Below are positions 1 through 7,801 of a DNA stretch of 64,000 nt, piece by piece. This DNA comes from a virus. Below the pieces are notes generated by a model, which did no database searches, was not told where the DNA came from, and saw only the letters and a list, made by a program, of their open reading frames with translations. Within the stretch, counting starts at the first letter, position 1, and the number at the start of each line of letters is the position of its first letter. The stretch is from positions 1-64,000 of IMG/VR virus record IMGVR_UViG_3300031963_008656; one strand, 5' to 3'. The position numbers were made by a program, and so were the translations under genes.

Positions 1-149
1 TTCTATAGTCAAGCACCGAGAGATGCTCAATTTATGCGTCCTCCGCTAAGAGTGCAATAGCCGATAGCAGTTATATTAGGATCCGTTCCCGGCCGGTTGG
101 ACCCGAATAGCGTAAGCGTCCTTACACGATACCTTTATCGGTGCTTGAC

Positions 150-560
150 TATAAAAACTAAAAGTTCGGATTTGAAAATCAAATCCTCCCACTGCTAACT
201 ACTGCTTCCCAATTTATCGTCCATCGGCACCCGTGGTAGGGCTTGCGATGCTCATCGGCCCTGAGTTCTGGCTCAGGTGATCCTTGGGATAGGACTGCTG
301 GGCCTTGTCCTGCCCAGCATCAGGAAAATTAGTTGCTCTGCATCCCCCGGCGGTAATTGTAGTGCATCATCTCTTGGGTTGCCCCGCAATTCTCACACAC
401 CTTCCACCCGCTTCCCGACAGGGACCGCTATCGTGTTGCTAACGGCCTTTCGGTAAGAAGACTACCACCCTTGAGAGTCACCTCACTTCTTATCCTGCGG
501 GTCACAGTATCCGCTAACCAAGCGGAACGTCGGGGAGAAGCCACGGTTGCAGGACCTAGT
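150..560 (-). ncRNA. highly structured RNA region of unknown class, directly downstream (minus strand) of the tRNA-like array
   Basis: No credible ORF. Many GC-rich local helices, e.g. tgctgggc...gcccagca, cctgag...ctcagg and ggatttga...tcaaatcc. Lies downstream of minus-strand promoters at 1482-1613. Could not be matched by eye to tmRNA, RNase P, 6S or SRP RNA. Confidence 0.25.
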
Positions 561-603
561 GCTCTTGCGAGGAAGTGTCCAGGCGATGTGGCTTCAAACT
601 TGA

Positions 604-693
604 GGCATCATGTGGGATTCGAACCCACGCAAGAAAACCTTGATGATCATTCAAGGTTGAAGCAAACCACACTCCGTTACATCCTATGACGCC
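604..693 (-). tRNA. atypical tRNA-like gene, about 89 nt, with no clean cloverleaf
   Basis: Minus-strand acceptor gcgtcat/atgatgc (one G.U pair), canonical T-arm gtggg-ttcgaat-cccac and discriminator C; CCA is not encoded. An internal 8-bp hairpin aaccttga-atgatca-tcaaggtt is the anticodon-arm candidate (GAT). There are about 8 extra nt between the acceptor and D region, and the D-stem pairing is poor. It is preceded by the same AGTTTAT spacer as the neighbouring tRNA genes. Confidence 0.35.
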
Positions 694-700
694 ATAAACT

Positions 701-791
701 TGGTGGACAACAATGGGAATCTAACCCACTTCTTCCTCGTATGCTATTACGAAGTTTCATACCAGCCTCAGGTAATTGACACATCATGTCC
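701..791 (-). tRNA. atypical tRNA-like gene, about 88 nt plus encoded CCA, possibly a degenerate class II tRNA or pseudo-tRNA
   Basis: Minus strand ends ...gggttagattcccattgttgtcc-A-CCA, a T-arm-like stem with loop TTAGATT. The 5' ggacatg pairs only 5 of 7 with the 3' strand. A central hairpin ttcgta-atagca-tacgag(g) is present. No satisfactory anticodon arm was found. Confidence 0.3.
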
Positions 792-798
792 ATAAACT

Positions 799-873
799 TG
801 GCGGTCCCAGGGGGTAACGATCCCCCTCCTCAGCAGTGACAGTGCTGTGTGCGTCCATGAACACCTTGAGACC
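799..873 (-). tRNA. tRNA-Asp (anticodon GTC) with a non-canonical T-loop
   Basis: Folded by hand on the minus strand. Acceptor ggtctca/tgggacc (one G.U). D-arm gtgt-tcatggac-gcac. Anticodon arm cagca-ctGTCac-tgctg. T-arm ggggg-ATCGTTA-ccccc, with A54/T58 swapped relative to the usual T54/A58. Discriminator G and encoded CCA. 75 nt. Confidence 0.7.
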
Positions 874-1076
874 AAATTAGGATAAGCTACTGGGTTCCAC
901 GCCAGCCCTTAATTGAGCAGTTACTCTGTCCATCTCATTTATTCAAAGTCTGTGTGCAGTGAGATTCTGCCTATCAGAGTCTGTAAGGGTAGTCTCCATC
1001 CTTACGCTTACGGTCTTCTGCCACCGGATCTCTATCGCTAATCAAACGCTACTTTAACGAAAGTAGTAACGGGATT

Positions 1077-1151
1077 TGGTAGAGCGTAGGGGAATCGAAC
1101 CCCTCTTACAGGCGTGAAAGGCTTGTGTCCTAACCGATAGACGAACGCTCC
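1077..1151 (-). tRNA. tRNA-Glu (anticodon TTC)
   Basis: Minus-strand cloverleaf. Acceptor ggagcgt/acgctct (G1.T71). D-arm gtct-atcggtta-ggac. Anticodon arm caagc-cTTTCac-gcctg with one A.C mismatch. T-arm agggg-ttcgatt-cccct. Discriminator A and encoded CCA. Confidence 0.8.
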
Positions 1152-1171
1152 ATAGTTCACTATATGAAAAC

Positions 1172-1420
1172 ACATTAGGGAAGTTCTTGACACGCATCAC
1201 CAACTTGCATCAAGACCTCATTACAGGCCCAGTAGTTCCGCCGCCTTCCTGGAGTTTGGTGTAGCCTTATCCCTCACGCTCGATGGTGTCTCGCGCTACT
1301 CTTAGGCCCTCCTGCTTCATGGGTATCCGGCTCGAATCAGCCTTTGTTCACCCCTAACGGACTAGGTAACCCTAATGTGTTTACATATAGTGCCCAGAAC
1401 TTAATCTGGGGCACTATACA
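1172..1420 (-). ncRNA. structured leader or spacer RNA with long-range inverted repeats, between the tRNA promoters and tRNA-Glu
   Basis: acacattaggg (1171-1181) is complementary to ccctaatgtgt (1369-1379). A local 12-bp hairpin tatagtgcccag...ctggggcactata sits at 1387-1419. There is no ORF. A gattcgag motif occurs inside. Confidence 0.25.
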
Positions 1421-1481
1421 AAATTAAATTTTTAACGAACTTCAAAGTAGTTTCGATCAACTGCCTTTGTTTTCTAACTAG

Positions 1482-1514
1482 TCTCTAGTATAGCATCTCC
1501 TGCTTTACTGGTCA
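1482..1514 (-). promoter_or_regulatory. sigma70-type promoter (TTGACC-17-TATACT) driving the minus-strand tRNA and ncRNA region
   Basis: Minus-strand reading: TTGACC, agtaaagcaggagatgc, TATACT. Confidence 0.5.
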
Positions 1515-1580
1515 ACTTGTTTTGTAAATGCCCCGCCTTGTTGCAGGGTCTTTACAAACTTCGCTGTTTTTCTAACTTGT

Positions 1581-1613
1581 GTCTAGTATAGCACCAATCC
1601 AATTATTGGTCTA
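1581..1613 (-). promoter_or_regulatory. second, weaker sigma70-like promoter (TAGACC-17-TATACT) in tandem
   Basis: Same -10 context as 1482-1514 (gtctagtatagca on plus); the -35 matches 4 of 6. Confidence 0.35.
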
Positions 1614-1620
1614 CTGCCAT

Positions 1621-1652
1621 AAAAAAACCCGCCTACTTGGCGGGTTTTTTGG
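1621..1652. terminator. bidirectional rho-independent terminator
   Basis: aaaaaaaCCCGCCtacttGGCGGGttttttgg. A GC stem is flanked by an A-run and a T-run. It lies immediately 3' of the porin gene on the minus strand. Confidence 0.7.
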
Positions 1653-1669
1653 TTTGTACTACTTCTGTT

Positions 1670-2560
1670 TTAGAACTGTACGACCAACCCGCCTGCTACT
1701 TGTTTGACATCAGTGGCTGCTGAGGTTCCCTCAACTGTACGATACAAAACTTGTGCATAGGTCTTTTTGCTGAAAGCATACTCAGCACCTACGTTGTAAC
1801 TCTTGATGCCATTTTCAATGCGACCATAGCTGGCCTTCACTGTGACTGGTCCACCAAGTTTGTGTGCCACGCCGACCAACTGAGCACGGTTGGTGTTGGC
1901 AGCAACGCCTTTGTTGTCGCTTGCGCTGGCAAACACAGTGGTTGCACCAAATTTAGCACGAGCAGCCAACACGTCACTGGTTTCTGCGCCAGCTTCGTAA
2001 CGAGCATAAGTCAACACAGCAGGTCCAACTGCGGCAATCACGGATGCGGCATAAGGATCAGCGGCAGTGCCAACAGCACCAGTGCTACGATCAAAGTTAG
2101 CAGAGACATTGCCAAAGTTCACAGAAGTGAAAGCGGCATTGCTCAAACGCAAACCACGCAGGTTATGCACGTCGGCAGCTGAGCTACCAATCAATGTGCC
2201 AAATGGATCATTGTCGCTGATGGCCAAGAAGTGAGTGTGAACATTGCGACCAAGATCAACGCTACCCATTTTGTGAGCAATACCCACGGTGCTTTGGCGA
2301 TCGCCAAGTCTAGTGTCAGTACCAGTGTCTGGGCTGTTGGCTTGGATGCCGGTCTCGTATGTGGCACGAGCTGTTAATCCGCCACCTAAGTTTTCAGTAG
2401 CACGAATGCCAAAGTGACTCAAGTCATTGGCCATGCCTTGCACGGTGGAAGCACCAGTTTTGGTGTTGTCAAGGTAAGTGCCAACACGACCATAGATACC
2501 AACTTGTGCGCTTGCAACACCAGCAACTGCCAGGGTCAACGCAATTAGAACTTTCTTCAT
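1670..2560 (-). CDS. outer-membrane porin (Gram-negative general porin family) with signal peptide
   Basis: N-terminal MKKVLIALTLAVAGVASAQV signal peptide. Gly/Ala/Thr/Tyr-rich alternating beta-strand pattern. C-terminal ...GGLVVQF with terminal Phe, typical of OMP beta-barrels. Has its own promoter and terminator. Confidence 0.6.
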   Translation of the reverse strand: MKKVLIALTLAVAGVASAQVGIYGRVGTYLDNTKTGASTVQGMANDLSHFGIRATENLGGGLTARATYETGIQANSPDTGTDTRLGDRQSTVGIAHKMGSVDLGRNVHTHFLAISDNDPFGTLIGSSAADVHNLRGLRLSNAAFTSVNFGNVSANFDRSTGAVGTAADPYAASVIAAVGPAVLTYARYEAGAETSDVLAARAKFGATTVFASASDNKGVAANTNRAQLVGVAHKLGGPVTVKASYGRIENGIKSYNVGAEYAFSKKTYAQVLYRTVEGTSAATDVKQVAGGLVVQF

Positions 2561-2604
2561 AAGTAATTTTTCCTTGTTAATGAAATGATCAAATGTCGAT
2601 CATA

Positions 2605-2638
2605 GAGTATTATATAGCACAAACACTGAGAATGTCAA
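2605..2638 (-). promoter_or_regulatory. sigma70 promoter for the porin gene (TTGACA-18-TATAAT)
   Basis: Minus-strand reading: TTGACA, ttctcagtgtttgtgcta, TATAAT. Lies 40-75 nt upstream of the porin start. Confidence 0.5.
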
Positions 2639-3042
2639 AGAAAATGGCTACTTTCGCAGCCATTTTGGTGGTTTCTGTTACGAGGTATTTCCTACCCTAG
2701 ACGACCTTAAGCGGCCATCAAGAATTTTTCATCATTTGCAGATAAAAGTTTTGCTTGATTTACGGTCATCGCCTACCGTGCTGTCCACTCTGTTACTCTT
2801 TGCCCTGTCGAATCTAGGTCAGGCCCATCATAAAGAAACTTAATCTACGCTTAATGTTGTTAACAACAAGCATAATATTGGAAAAACAATTAATAAAAAT
2901 TTTGCTAAATTTTCCATATTACCATAACTCACAGTTTTTTATTTTCTCTTCGTCCAATGTGGTATCACGTGTAAAATAAAATACACCAAACACTAACCAA
3001 AATAACAAAAATAAAACATAACCTATCATTAAACTTCCTTAT

Positions 3043-3075
3043 GGTGGACCTGGGGGGATTCGCACCCCCGTCCAG
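3043..3075 (-). other. orphan tRNA-like T-arm and acceptor minihelix ending ACCA
   Basis: Minus-strand reading: ggac-GGGGG-tgcgaat-CCCCC-cag-gtcc-ACCA. It is a local hairpin only. No complementary 5' acceptor strand exists within 400 nt. G at position 55 is non-canonical. Confidence 0.3.
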
Positions 3076-3291
3076 AACACTTTTCTCTCGGCTTCATACA
3101 GCAATAACTCGCAGTATATATTTATTCTTTGGGCTTGTCAACTGCTTTGGAGATGATGTCATACACTTGTGCGTATGCATCAGTAATTTTGTCTAGTTGT
3201 TGTTCCGACACCAAGTCTGTGTCCTCCAGACTGACCAAGTCTCGGGCTAGATTTTCTTGTAGTTTTTTTATGGGATTGAGCACATACCTAT

Positions 3292-3825
3292 TTATTCATC
3301 CCCGCTATCTACTGGGATCCAGCCCAACTTAAAAAAGTCTTCCTGGATTTCTTCTGTGACATGTCCTTCGGGTACATATCTTTTAACACCGTCAGCATCA
3401 CCATTGCCCAGTCCATCGCCTATGCCCGAACAGTACCAATCAATATAGTCACCTTGTTCACGCATGTCGGCAACAATACCCCCGGCATAGCGCCACGAAC
3501 AACTGTAGGTCTCTCCCTTTAGCAAAGGCCATACTTCGTTGCGTTGCCAGTCTTGATTGCACAAGGCTGCGTAGATGTTTTGAGCGTAGGTATCGCTGGC
3601 CTTGGCTTTGTCGCAAACCCACTTGGTGCTACGCAAATCATATTCAAGATTGTTTTCTCGCCACCGTTCGTCGGCTTCGCGTTGAGCCTGATGTTCGTTG
3701 ATCATGCGTTCAAGATCTAAAGCTCGTTGAACATCTTCGTCAGTGGCAGGATCTCCTCCTTCCGCAATGACATCTTCAATTCTGCATTGACTGTGAAAGG
3801 TTCCGCGAGTAGGACTTTTGTTCAT
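3292..3825 (-). CDS. hypothetical protein; start moved to the internal Met to avoid overlap with tRNA-Leu
   Basis: The ORF-track frame is 3292..3903, but its first 23 codons overlap tRNA-Leu. Met27 gives 3292..3825. Trp/Asp-rich; no motif recognised. Confidence 0.5.
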   Translation of the reverse strand: MNKSPTRGTFHSQCRIEDVIAEGGDPATDEDVQRALDLERMINEHQAQREADERWRENNLEYDLRSTKWVCDKAKASDTYAQNIYAALCNQDWQRNEVWPLLKGETYSCSWRYAGGIVADMREQGDYIDWYCSGIGDGLGNGDADGVKRYVPEGHVTEEIQEDFFKLGWIPVDSGDE

Positions 3826-3831
3826 AATGTT

Positions 3832-3917
3832 TGGTACCAGAGACGGGACTCGAACCCGTATGCCCTTGCAAGCGGCAGATTTTAAGTCTGCTGTGTATAC
3901 CATTCCACCACTCTGGC
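3832..3917 (-). tRNA. tRNA-Leu (anticodon TAA), class II with long variable arm
   Basis: Acceptor gccagag/ctctggt (G1.T). Anticodon arm gcaga-cTTAAaa-tctgc. Variable arm about 15 nt. T-arm acggg-ttcgagt-cccgt. Discriminator A and encoded CCA. 86 nt. Confidence 0.8.
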
Positions 3918-3935
3918 TTTGCGTTATTTAATACA

Positions 3936-4010
3936 TGGTCCGGCGTAGAGGAATCGAACCTCTATAATGACTTTAGAAGAATCATGTCCTATCCGTTGAA
4001 CGAACGCCAG
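3936..4010 (-). tRNA. tRNA-Arg (anticodon TCT)
   Basis: Acceptor ctggcgt/acgccgg. D-arm gttc/ggac. Anticodon arm tgatt-cTTCTaa-agtca. T-arm agagg-ttcgatt-cctct. Discriminator A and encoded CCA. Confidence 0.8.
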
Positions 4011-4015
4011 ATGTT

Positions 4016-4091
4016 TGGTGGGCCAACTTGGAATTGAACCAAGACTCGACCGATTATGAGTCGGTTGCTTTACCATTAAGCTATTGGCCCT
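4016..4091 (-). tRNA. tRNA-Met (anticodon CAT); could be elongator Met, initiator, or lysidine-modified Ile2
   Basis: Acceptor gggccaa/ttggccc. D-arm gctt-aatggta-aagc. Anticodon arm accga-cTCATaa-tcggt. T-arm cttgg-ttcaatt-ccaag. Discriminator A and encoded CCA. Confidence 0.8.
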
Positions 4092-4113
4092 GTGCTACAT
4101 TGTAGCAGGAAAA

Positions 4114-4494
4114 CTATTTAGTGTCAACTGTTCCGTCGGCCAGGTGGTCATGTTTGATTTCTTTTACAGGATGCCCTAAAATGCTGGCAACAGAATTTTT
4201 GTAAGCAATACGTTTGTTGTTATGATCTCTAATGGCAATGGCTCGGCGACCAATCTCCTGAAGGCTCAACATTTGCTCCACGCCTGATTTGAGCTGCCAT
4301 TCTAGATCCCAGATAGCATGATGGATGTCGGTCATTGCTTGAATGTCCTCATCTAGTTCTGCGCTTTGTGGTAGTTGTCGAAACTTGTCCTCGTACCAAT
4401 CAAGTTCAACTTGGTTGGCGCCTTTGGTTCGTGCATGTTTTACTCTGGCAATGCAGAGTCGATCAATTAGTTCTAATACTGGAAGAAATTCCAT
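4114..4494 (-). CDS. hypothetical protein
   Basis: 126-aa ORF in the minus-strand gene series; no motif recognised. Confidence 0.5.
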   Translation of the reverse strand: MEFLPVLELIDRLCIARVKHARTKGANQVELDWYEDKFRQLPQSAELDEDIQAMTDIHHAIWDLEWQLKSGVEQMLSLQEIGRRAIAIRDHNNKRIAYKNSVASILGHPVKEIKHDHLADGTVDTK

Positions 4495-4548
4495 AGCATA
4501 CCCTTTCTATTTTGTATAGAATTATTATACAAAAATGCTAAGTGTTTG

Positions 4549-5313
4549 TCAACGGTCTTTGTCAGTTCTTACCAATTGAATTAAGCGGTATCCAGGATCA
4601 AATTCCCACCATTTTTTGCCAAACTGTGGATCTGCGGCAGCGGCGTGATGATTGTTGTGCCAGCCCTCTCCACCAGTCAAATATCCTACCAGCAGGTTAT
4701 TTGAACTTTGATCACGTGTGTCAAAATTTCTATATCCTGATGGACTGTGAGTGAGAGAGTTGGTCAGTGAACTGGCATGTTGCAACAATAGTGACGGAAC
4801 CAAATAAGCATACACTACTGCATAAGGATCTATCATGTAAACTGCCACCCCGACCAAGATAGTGTACAACCAATGATTGTAGTACATGTGCATGTGAAAT
4901 TTGGATTTCACAATCTCTGGAGCATAACTTAATTTTGGAGTAGCAGGTGTGAGTCTAAATTGCACGGCTAGATAACCGTATACCGCAGGTGAGTGCGGAT
5001 CATCTTTTGTGTCAGAGTGTCTATGATGCGCTCGATGTATTGCTACCCAATACAACATTGGTAAAGTTGTGCCAGGAATAGCAATCAATGTTCCTAGATA
5101 TTCAAACCATTTTGGTGCTTGAAAAGAACGATGGGTGATCAGCCGATGAACTGTTACAGTTCCGACTACCATCTTGATATAGTAGACCAACAGACATATT
5201 GCCCACTGCCATGCTTCACTGTTGAAGATAAAGTAGACCAGGATCACATGTAGACAGGCACTGTATGCAATCATTTCGTTGTGCGAAGGCACAAACCAGT
5301 TTTTCTTTTTCAT
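4549..5313 (-). CDS. membrane fatty-acid desaturase (acyl-CoA/acyl-lipid delta-9 type, three His boxes)
   Basis: HRLITHRSF, HRAHHRHSD and GEGWHNNHH match the HRLWSH / HRxHH / HNYHH boxes of stearoyl-CoA-type desaturases. Hydrophobic N-terminus. Confidence 0.7.
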   Translation of the reverse strand: MKKKNWFVPSHNEMIAYSACLHVILVYFIFNSEAWQWAICLLVYYIKMVVGTVTVHRLITHRSFQAPKWFEYLGTLIAIPGTTLPMLYWVAIHRAHHRHSDTKDDPHSPAVYGYLAVQFRLTPATPKLSYAPEIVKSKFHMHMYYNHWLYTILVGVAVYMIDPYAVVYAYLVPSLLLQHASSLTNSLTHSPSGYRNFDTRDQSSNNLLVGYLTGGEGWHNNHHAAAADPQFGKKWWEFDPGYRLIQLVRTDKDR

Positions 5314-5476
5314 GCAGATACTTATGCATCTACTTGCAGTAGGTCAGCCTCTTGATCCATTTCCATTTCGGTAATCAGCAGGTCAGCAAATTGCTGACAG
5401 AAGATAGCAAACCAAAGTTGGTCCATCGCTTCTTCGGGTGCGCCAGCGGCCCGCACCAGGCGTTCAAGTTCAGTAT

Positions 5477-5773
5477 TCATAGCCTGGAATCATAAGTGAA
5501 GGCAGCAAGATATCGCATGCTGGCACGGCTGGGAATGTGCTGATTACAGAACCGTTGGTATGCCGCACGCCAACGCTTTTGGACAGGTGCTGGCGCATGG
5601 CAAGCAAGATAATGCAAGTGGCCAAATCTGCGCCCAATGCTGATGTGATTGGGCTTCCAGCCTGCAGGATACCATTTGTCGCGAGTTTGCCAATTGTAGT
5701 TTACCCAGACACCCATTCGGCGTTCTTGCATGATATACTTTTTAGATATATCTTGTGGTCTAAATCGGTTCAT
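5477..5773 (-). CDS. hypothetical protein
   Basis: 98-aa ORF, start overlaps the upstream gene's stop by 4 nt (ATGA type). Confidence 0.4.
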   Translation of the reverse strand: MNRFRPQDISKKYIMQERRMGVWVNYNWQTRDKWYPAGWKPNHISIGRRFGHLHYLACHAPAPVQKRWRAAYQRFCNQHIPSRASMRYLAAFTYDSRL

Positions 5774-6564
5774 TTTTGCATCATCAGCGCATTGAAGTTT
5801 GCAGGAACAACAATTGTTTGCACACGACCGTTCTTGATACCTTCTGAGATATTCATCATAGCCTGCGCTTGCATGTAAGCAATTGACTGAGCACCTTGAT
5901 TACTCAATGCTTGCATACGTTCTGCTTCCATCTTAGCAGTCTTAACTTCAACTTCTTTTTGTTTCAATTCATTCTTGGCACGAACCAACTCATTTGCACT
6001 CGCAACCACAGAATCTGCAGGTACAATATTCCGAATCAACACTTGACCAACAACCAAACTACCATCAAGTTTTTCATCAGCCAAACTCTTTTGAATTTGT
6101 TCTTTAATTGCTTGTTCCATCACTTGGCGATTATCAGCCATGTCTAGTGCCTCGTACTTTCGGGCTTCTTTGTAGATGGCATTACGAGTGGTTTGAACCA
6201 TATAGTTGTACATCAAGTAGATGTCGCCGTTGTGCCGAGCATGGAATGCTTGACTCTTTTGGCTATACAACTCGGCTACCTGTGCTTGATTGATGTTATA
6301 GATAACCACTGCATCAAAGTCTTTCATTGTTGAGTTATCTTTAGCAACAGGTGTCATGTCCTCCAGTTTGACATTAACGTCCTTGATTGGGAATGTAAGA
6401 ACATCACCCCAAAAGGTTTGATTAAACGAGCCAGGCATTAATTCACCTTGCTGGACTTGTTTATCAAAGCCAACACGTACACCAACTTCACCTGTTTCGA
6501 TACGAGTACAACCTGTTGCCAGCACAGCCGCGGCAAGAACGGAGAGAGTCAAAATACGTTTCAT
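5770..6564 (-). CDS. SPFH/band-7 (prohibitin/stomatin-like) domain lipoprotein
   Basis: Signal peptide with lipobox LATGC. The ETGEVGVRVGF...AVVIYNINQAQVAELY segment resembles an SPFH domain, followed by a coiled-coil tail. Confidence 0.6.
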   Translation of the reverse strand: MKRILTLSVLAAAVLATGCTRIETGEVGVRVGFDKQVQQGELMPGSFNQTFWGDVLTFPIKDVNVKLEDMTPVAKDNSTMKDFDAVVIYNINQAQVAELYSQKSQAFHARHNGDIYLMYNYMVQTTRNAIYKEARKYEALDMADNRQVMEQAIKEQIQKSLADEKLDGSLVVGQVLIRNIVPADSVVASANELVRAKNELKQKEVEVKTAKMEAERMQALSNQGAQSIAYMQAQAMMNISEGIKNGRVQTIVVPANFNALMMQK

Positions 6565-6573
6565 TTTATTTCC

Positions 6574-6762
6574 TTAAAAAAGTACCACAAGGGCAAGTAG
6601 ACTACCAAAAGTAAGTATAGCACAAAATGCACTGTAAGTCAAGAGTTTTACCAAACTCCACGATTCTTTTCCGGACATGTTCCGTAGGTACTGAATGCCG
6701 AAAAAGAACATGCCAAACACAACAACAAAAGCCAATAGGATTCTAATCATCACACTCTCCAA
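6574..6762 (-). CDS. small two-TM membrane protein
   Basis: 62 aa, two hydrophobic segments; possible NfeD-like partner of the SPFH protein (inference). Confidence 0.4.
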   Translation of the reverse strand: MESVMIRILLAFVVVFGMFFFGIQYLRNMSGKESWSLVKLLTYSAFCAILTFGSLLALVVLF

Positions 6763-7223
6763 ATTTCTTCAAAACCTTCCGACAAGTCTGGCTCTTCCCA
6801 GTCCCGAATCATGCGAGCAATCACCTCAGATGGGATTGTTTTGCCCGGACGGCCGGCCAATCGTCTAGCCAATTCTTCAGGCTCGGGCGTTCGAAATACC
6901 ACAGCAATGGCCGAGTATTCCGGCAACATGCGAAACTTTTTGGCCCGGCTTGCCCGTGTGGTGCTGGTCTGATCCCAGATGATGTCGTTGTTGTTAGCCT
7001 GTGCAGTCAACGCATGGTTGGTCATCAGGCGAACAGCAATAGGCATGTATTCTTCAAACACTTCTGAATAGGTCTTGCCTTGGCTCCGGGCATAATCTTC
7101 CACCCAGGGGTCTGTGCTGACCACACTCAAGCCCAAGGCCCAGACCTGGTCTTTGATCCAGGTGCTTTTGCCTGATCCTGGCACTCCTACCAACATGTAC
7201 AATTTAGGCACTTTCAACTCCAA
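6750..7223 (-). CDS. P-loop NTPase/kinase (AAA_33 / polynucleotide-kinase-like)
   Basis: Walker A LVGVPGSGKST near the N-terminus; 157 aa. Confidence 0.6.
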   Translation of the reverse strand: MELKVPKLYMLVGVPGSGKSTWIKDQVWALGLSVVSTDPWVEDYARSQGKTYSEVFEEYMPIAVRLMTNHALTAQANNNDIIWDQTSTTRASRAKKFRMLPEYSAIAVVFRTPEPEELARRLAGRPGKTIPSEVIARMIRDWEEPDLSEGFEEIWRV

Positions 7224-7431
7224 AATGTTCTTTGATATTCTTTGCAGAAAAGGTCAACGCTCTATCCCATTGATTATTACCGTGCCCGTTACCAATGCTT
7301 GCTTGTTCAATACATTCTCTCACAATCAACTCGGCGAATTTTTTACACTCTGGCATATCCCAGTGTCCAATGCCAAACATATCTTTTTCGTAGCCAGCCT
7401 GTTCAGCAAGTTGTCGAATTCGTTCGTTCAT
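7204..7431 (-). CDS. small protein, member of the HFGVE-tail paralog set
   Basis: Shares MNExI..LAEQAG, KFAELIVREC and C-terminal HFGVE with the ORF at 7798-8091. Confidence 0.45.
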   Translation of the reverse strand: MNERIRQLAEQAGYEKDMFGIGHWDMPECKKFAELIVRECIEQASIGNGHGNNQWDRALTFSAKNIKEHFGVESA

Positions 7432-7637
7432 ATCATACCCTCAAACAATTTTTTAACCGATATCGCCTGACCTGTAGTATAAACAATATCAAAACTATCA
7501 TTCTCAATGTGATACCGATTGCGGTTGCAATTTACATACTCACCCTTGTCATCAGTATACACTTGTCGCATCTGTGTATAGGTTTTATCCACAGCACCAT
7601 CAAAGATAACCCGTGTAGTGATTTTACGCTTGTTCAT
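7428..7637 (-). CDS. hypothetical protein
   Basis: 69 aa, ATGA start/stop coupling. Confidence 0.45.
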   Translation of the reverse strand: MNKRKITTRVIFDGAVDKTYTQMRQVYTDDKGEYVNCNRNRYHIENDSFDIVYTTGQAISVKKLFEGMI

Positions 7638-7801
7638 TCTTCAACCTCTGTTTCAAAAGTAGAAATTTCTTGATCTTCTGTCAGATCCAGACTTTCTAGT
7701 GCGTATTCTAAATTGTTCCTGGATGCAAACACACGGACACTCACATCGGGCACTTCACTGTCTTTGTCAAATGTTTGAACAGCATAGCCGTAGACTTTCA
7801 T
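7634..7801 (-). CDS. small hypothetical protein (55 aa, below the ORF-track threshold)
   Basis: Translated by hand: MKVYGYAVQTFDKDSEVPDVSVRVFASRNNLEYALESLDLTEDQEISTFETEVEE. It exactly fills the gap with ATGA overlaps at both ends. Confidence 0.3.
   Translation of the reverse strand: MKVYGYAVQTFDKDSEVPDVSVRVFASRNNLEYALESLDLTEDQEISTFETEVEE

Noticed and set aside
471-689. Plus-strand ORF of 72 aa and other short ORFs across 1-1650
   Set aside because: They overlap folded tRNA genes and structured RNA, and have no Shine-Dalgarno or promoter context. The region is better explained as minus-strand RNA genes.
1172-1400. 5' end of a tmRNA suggested by the ggctgattcgagccgg segment (which resembles the tmRNA GGGGCUGAUUCUGGAUUCGACGGG region)
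   Set aside because: Only the GAUUCGA motif matches. There is no pairing 3' partner, no T-arm/CCA end and no tag ORF.
3043-3400. tmRNA (ssrA) on the minus strand, ending at the GGGGG-tgcgaat-CCCCC...ACCA element
   Set aside because: No complementary 5' acceptor strand (ggacctg) within about 400 nt. The candidate span would overlap a protein-coding gene. No tag-peptide reading frame ending in ALAA-stop was seen. G at position 55 of the loop is non-canonical. Kept only as an orphan minihelix.
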